64,000 nucleotides of DNA from Methanomassiliicoccaceae archaeon (GTDB taxonomy: Archaea > Thermoplasmatota > Thermoplasmata > Methanomassiliicoccales > Methanomassiliicoccaceae), in NCBI GenBank assembly GCA_963728405.1, contig CAVSJV010000017.1, positions 352,001 through 416,000 on the forward strand. Reading direction: 5' to 3'. Below, piece by piece: positions 60,993 to 64,000 of the stretch. The notes under the pieces were generated by a model that was not told the origin of the DNA, did no database searches, and worked only from the letters and a program-made list of their open reading frames with translations. Numbering within the stretch: position 1 is the stretch's first letter; the number at the start of each line of letters is the position of its first letter. Position numbers and translations under genes: made by a program.

Positions 60993-62154
60993 ATGCTTCT
61001 CACGGAGAAGGTAAAACTAATGGTAGATCCAGACCAGAAGCTGATCCTTCTCACCACAATGGAGATCTTCAACTTGGCGTGTGATAAGATATCAGCAATT
61101 GCGTTCAAGGAGAAGAGGTTTGACAAATTTTCTTTACATAAACTGACATATTATGGTATCAGGGATGAGTTCAAGCTGCCCGCCCAGCTTGCTATCAGAG
61201 CCATTGGGAAGGTAACTGAATCGTACAAGCAAGAAAGGACCGCAGCCCATCAATTTCGGAAGCGTGGGTGTGTCGTGTATGATGATCGGGTGCTCTCGTT
61301 AAAAGGAACAGAGAGCGTTTCAATAGGTACGATAGAAGGTCGAATGACCATCCCAATTAATTGTCGACAGGGGGGCTATCGAAAGGGAAGATACGAAATC
61401 AGATGGACCTTGTTTATGTTGATGGGGCCTTCTATCTGAACATAGTGGTCGAAGTACCCGATGAAGGTGAATTCCTACCTGTTGGGTTCCTGGGCATAGA
61501 CATGGGAATAAAAAATCTGGCAGTTACAAGTGATGGCGAAATATTTAGCGGAGATAGTTGCAGAAAGCAAAGAAAAAAATATTTGACATTGAGAGGCAAG
61601 CTCCAGAAGGTCGGCACTAGGTCGGCCAAGAAACATCTTAAGAAACTGGCTCGAAAGGAGTCGCGTCATAAAAAGTATACAAATCATTGTGTTTCTAAGA
61701 CCATAGTACTTGCCGCTGAAGGCACAGCGAGAGCGATTGCTATCGAGGATTTGAACGGCATTCGCTCTCAGAAGACGGTTAGCAAGCGGCGAAGAGCGGA
61801 GAGAGATGTCTGGGCTTTTGACCAATTAAAAAATTTTATCGAATATAAGGCCAAAATCGTGGGGGTCCCAGTCGTATGGTTAATCCTTATGATACATCCA
61901 TGATATGCTCAGAGTGCGGTCATTGCGACTCAGACAATCGAGTAAAAAACCGCTTTCTATGCCTGCGATGCGGTCATCAGGAAGATGCAGATGTGAATGC
62001 CGCCAAGAACATCGCAAGCAGGGCCGCCATAGCCCGGCCTATTGTCGTCCCCCCGAAGATAGAAGGGGTTTGGAATGACAAGCCTCTATCATTCCAGATA
62101 GATGCTGGCTACTCCCATTCGACCGTCGCGGGCGGTTTGTTGGTGATGTCGTAG
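60993..62154 (+). mobile_element. tnpB: TnpB (IS200/IS605 family, IS1341-like, no tnpA); frameshifts near 61375 and 61876
   Basis: RuvC-I GIDMG, RuvC-II IEDL, CxxC-CxxC Zn ribbon and RuvC-III DADVNAAKNI; AT-rich relative to the host. Confidence 0.92.
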
Positions 62155-63056
62155 ACCACGCGGTTGACGTCGCTCTTCATCTCGTTGGTGATGCGGACCG
62201 AGATGTGCTCCAGGACCTCGTGCGGTATCTTCGAGTACGAGGCGCTCATGCCGTCGATCGATTCCACCGAGCGCACCGCGATGGTCCGTCCGTAGGCGCG
62301 GTTGTCGCCCTGGACACCTACCGACTGGCAAGGGAGCAGGACGGCGAAGTACTGCCACGGACGGGTCATCTTCCCGGCCGCGGAGGCGTTCTCGAGCTCC
62401 TCCTCCACGATGGCACACGCCTCGCGGACGATATCAACCGCTTCCGGGGTCGCCTCGCCCAGCACCCGGATGGCAAGGGCGGGACCAGGGAATGGCTGGC
62501 GTTCCGCCACTTCGACATTGAGGTACCGCGCGACCTTGCGCACCTCATCCTTGTACAGATCCCTCAGCGGTTCGACCAGTTTCATGTTCATGTCCTTGGG
62601 GAGCCCGCCGACGTTGTGATGGCTCTTGATGACATCCCTGACGCCGTCCCCGCTCTCGATCCAGTCGGGGGCGATGGTGCCCTGCACCAGGAACTCGGCG
62701 CCATACTCCTTGGCGGTGCGCTCGAAGACGCGAATGAACCGCTCGCCGATGATCTTGCGCTTTCTCTCCGGCTCGGTAATGCCCTGCATGGCAGCGAAGA
62801 ACTCCTCGCTGGCATCGATGAGGCGATAGTTCACGCCAAGCCGATCGAACATCAGGCCCACGGCCTCGGTCTCGCCCTTCCTCATGAAGCCGTTGTTAAC
62901 GTAGACGGTCAGGAGGCGGTCGCCGATCGCTCGGGACACGAGCACCGCGGCCACCGTACTGTCCACTCCCCCGGAACAGGCGATGATCGCCCTTCCCTTG
63001 ATCTGGGCCTTGATCTCCTCGATCTGCTCGTTGACGAACTTATCAGGCTTGAACAT
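62109..63056 (-). CDS. guaAB: GMP synthase ATP pyrophosphatase subunit
   Basis: SGGVDS, IKSHHNVGG, PFPGP and KPPATVEWE motifs. Confidence 0.96.
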   Translation of the reverse strand: MFKPDKFVNEQIEEIKAQIKGRAIIACSGGVDSTVAAVLVSRAIGDRLLTVYVNNGFMRKGETEAVGLMFDRLGVNYRLIDASEEFFAAMQGITEPERKRKIIGERFIRVFERTAKEYGAEFLVQGTIAPDWIESGDGVRDVIKSHHNVGGLPKDMNMKLVEPLRDLYKDEVRKVARYLNVEVAERQPFPGPALAIRVLGEATPEAVDIVREACAIVEEELENASAAGKMTRPWQYFAVLLPCQSVGVQGDNRAYGRTIAVRSVESIDGMSASYSKIPHEVLEHISVRITNEMKSDVNRVVYDITNKPPATVEWE

Positions 63057-63525
63057 CCTTGCTCACCTCCTCGGAATCACGCTCGACCGACTCGGCCATA
63101 TCCTCCCGGTGTCTGGTCAGCTTCTGGGCGATGCCCTGTTCCTTTAGACCAAGTATCTGCAGCGCCAGCAATGCGGCGTTGTCCCCACGGTCCAGGCCTA
63201 CCGCTGCGACGGGGATCCCTGACGGCATCTGAACAATGGACAGGATGGAGTCCAGGTTGACCTTGCCGCTCACCGGGACGCCTATGACCGGCCTCACCGT
63301 CGATGCTGCTACCGCCCCAGGCAGGGCTGCGGATAGCCCGGCAATGGCGATGAATATCTCAGCATCGCTGCCGGAGACGATCTCCCTGACCCGGTCGGGG
63401 GTGCGATGGGCGGACGCTACCACGGTCTGAGAGCTGACTCCGAACTCTTTGAAAATATCAGAGGCCCTCTTGGCCACCGGGGCGTCGTGCTTGCTGCCCA
63501 GGATGATGAGGACTTGCGGCATCAT
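63043..63525 (-). CDS. purE: N5-CAIR mutase / AIR carboxylase
   Basis: ASAHRTP, AGLSAALPG and SIVQMPSGIPV motifs. Confidence 0.95.
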   Translation of the reverse strand: MMPQVLIILGSKHDAPVAKRASDIFKEFGVSSQTVVASAHRTPDRVREIVSGSDAEIFIAIAGLSAALPGAVAASTVRPVIGVPVSGKVNLDSILSIVQMPSGIPVAAVGLDRGDNAALLALQILGLKEQGIAQKLTRHREDMAESVERDSEEVSKDVQA

Positions 63526-63585
63526 GCCATGCAAACAATGCTCCATTAAAAAAGGTTGTGATGGGAAGGGGTTTGAGTTACCCGT

Positions 63586-63882
63586 TCAGGATTTCATGAT
63601 GGCCAACAGGAACACACCTATGGCGATCAAGGCCCCGATGAGGGCTGCCAGGATGTAAAGGAAGGCTGCCCAGATGGTCGCTCCGATGTTAACGTCGATC
63701 AGGCTGGGGTCCACCAGGCGGAGGCCAACCCAGATGATGCCAATGAGCAGGCCGACCACGAGGAGCACAACACCGATGGTGCGGCTCTTGCCACTCCCGA
63801 AGTAGGCGGTGAAGATACCAGCCAGTACAAGGAAGAGGCCCAAAGTCATTAGAAGTATAGTCAAGAATTCCATCAGTTGCAT
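63586..63882 (-). CDS. Small three-TM membrane protein
   Basis: Hydrophobic ORF with TAYFGSGKSR loop; RBS AGGTGA. Confidence 0.75.
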   Translation of the reverse strand: MQLMEFLTILLMTLGLFLVLAGIFTAYFGSGKSRTIGVVLLVVGLLIGIIWVGLRLVDPSLIDVNIGATIWAAFLYILAALIGALIAIGVFLLAIMKS

Positions 63883-63895
63883 TTTTTCACCTGTT

Positions 63896-64000
63896 TCAGA
63901 ACTTAATGCCCGTGAGCGTCTTGGTGTCTATGACCCCGGGGATCGATCTGATCTTGTCCACGACCACCTGGCCTAGGAGGTTGAAATCCTCTGCTTCGAT
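63896..64000 (-). CDS. Lrp/AsnC ligand-binding domain protein, 3' part only
   Basis: IEAEDFNLLGQVVVDKIRSIPGVIDTKTLTGIKF followed by a stop. Confidence 0.75.
   Translation of the reverse strand: MEAEDFNLLGQVVVDKIRSIPGVIDTKTLTGIKF

Noticed and set aside
1-64000. CRISPR array, rRNA, or in-frame amber (Pyl) readthrough genes
   Set aside because: No repeat-spacer array or rRNA-like sequence seen. The gene interruptions examined are frameshifts rather than in-frame TAG.

Overview
Archaeal chromosomal segment, roughly 60% GC by eye. Gene content (fused rpoB, TBP, PriL, Orc1/Cdc6, ftsZ1-secE-spt5-L11-L1-L10-L12, split guaAA/guaAB, AsnRS) points to Thermoplasmata, probably Methanomassiliicoccales; this is an inference. 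Most of the window is housekeeping genes, and many essential ones carry single-base frameshifts best read as long-read assembly errors. Accessory parts are a ~7.1-kb island at tRNA-Gly(CCC) (integrase remnant plus a CheB/CheR-histidine kinase-response regulator module) and a lone low-GC tnpB whose right end overlaps the guaAB stop codon. The main signals missed by the ORF track are: (1) a ~170-nt multi-hairpin ncRNA candidate (12476-12648, minus strand) with SRP-Alu-like features but no SRP54 helix; (2) a tRNA-Lys(UUU) with two non-canonical BHB-type introns; (3) three genes that appear to start at CTG, two of them in CTGA stop/start overlaps; (4) a shared palindromic operator for a DUF134/NifX/Fe-S-ATPase cluster; (5) three ftsZ genes, including a tandem ftsZ1 pair with conversion-like tracts; (6) Spt5 with a ~140-aa extra N-terminal domain; and (7) frameshifts clustering at ACGT, suggesting a methylation motif. 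All family calls come from manual motif recognition; no searches were run.
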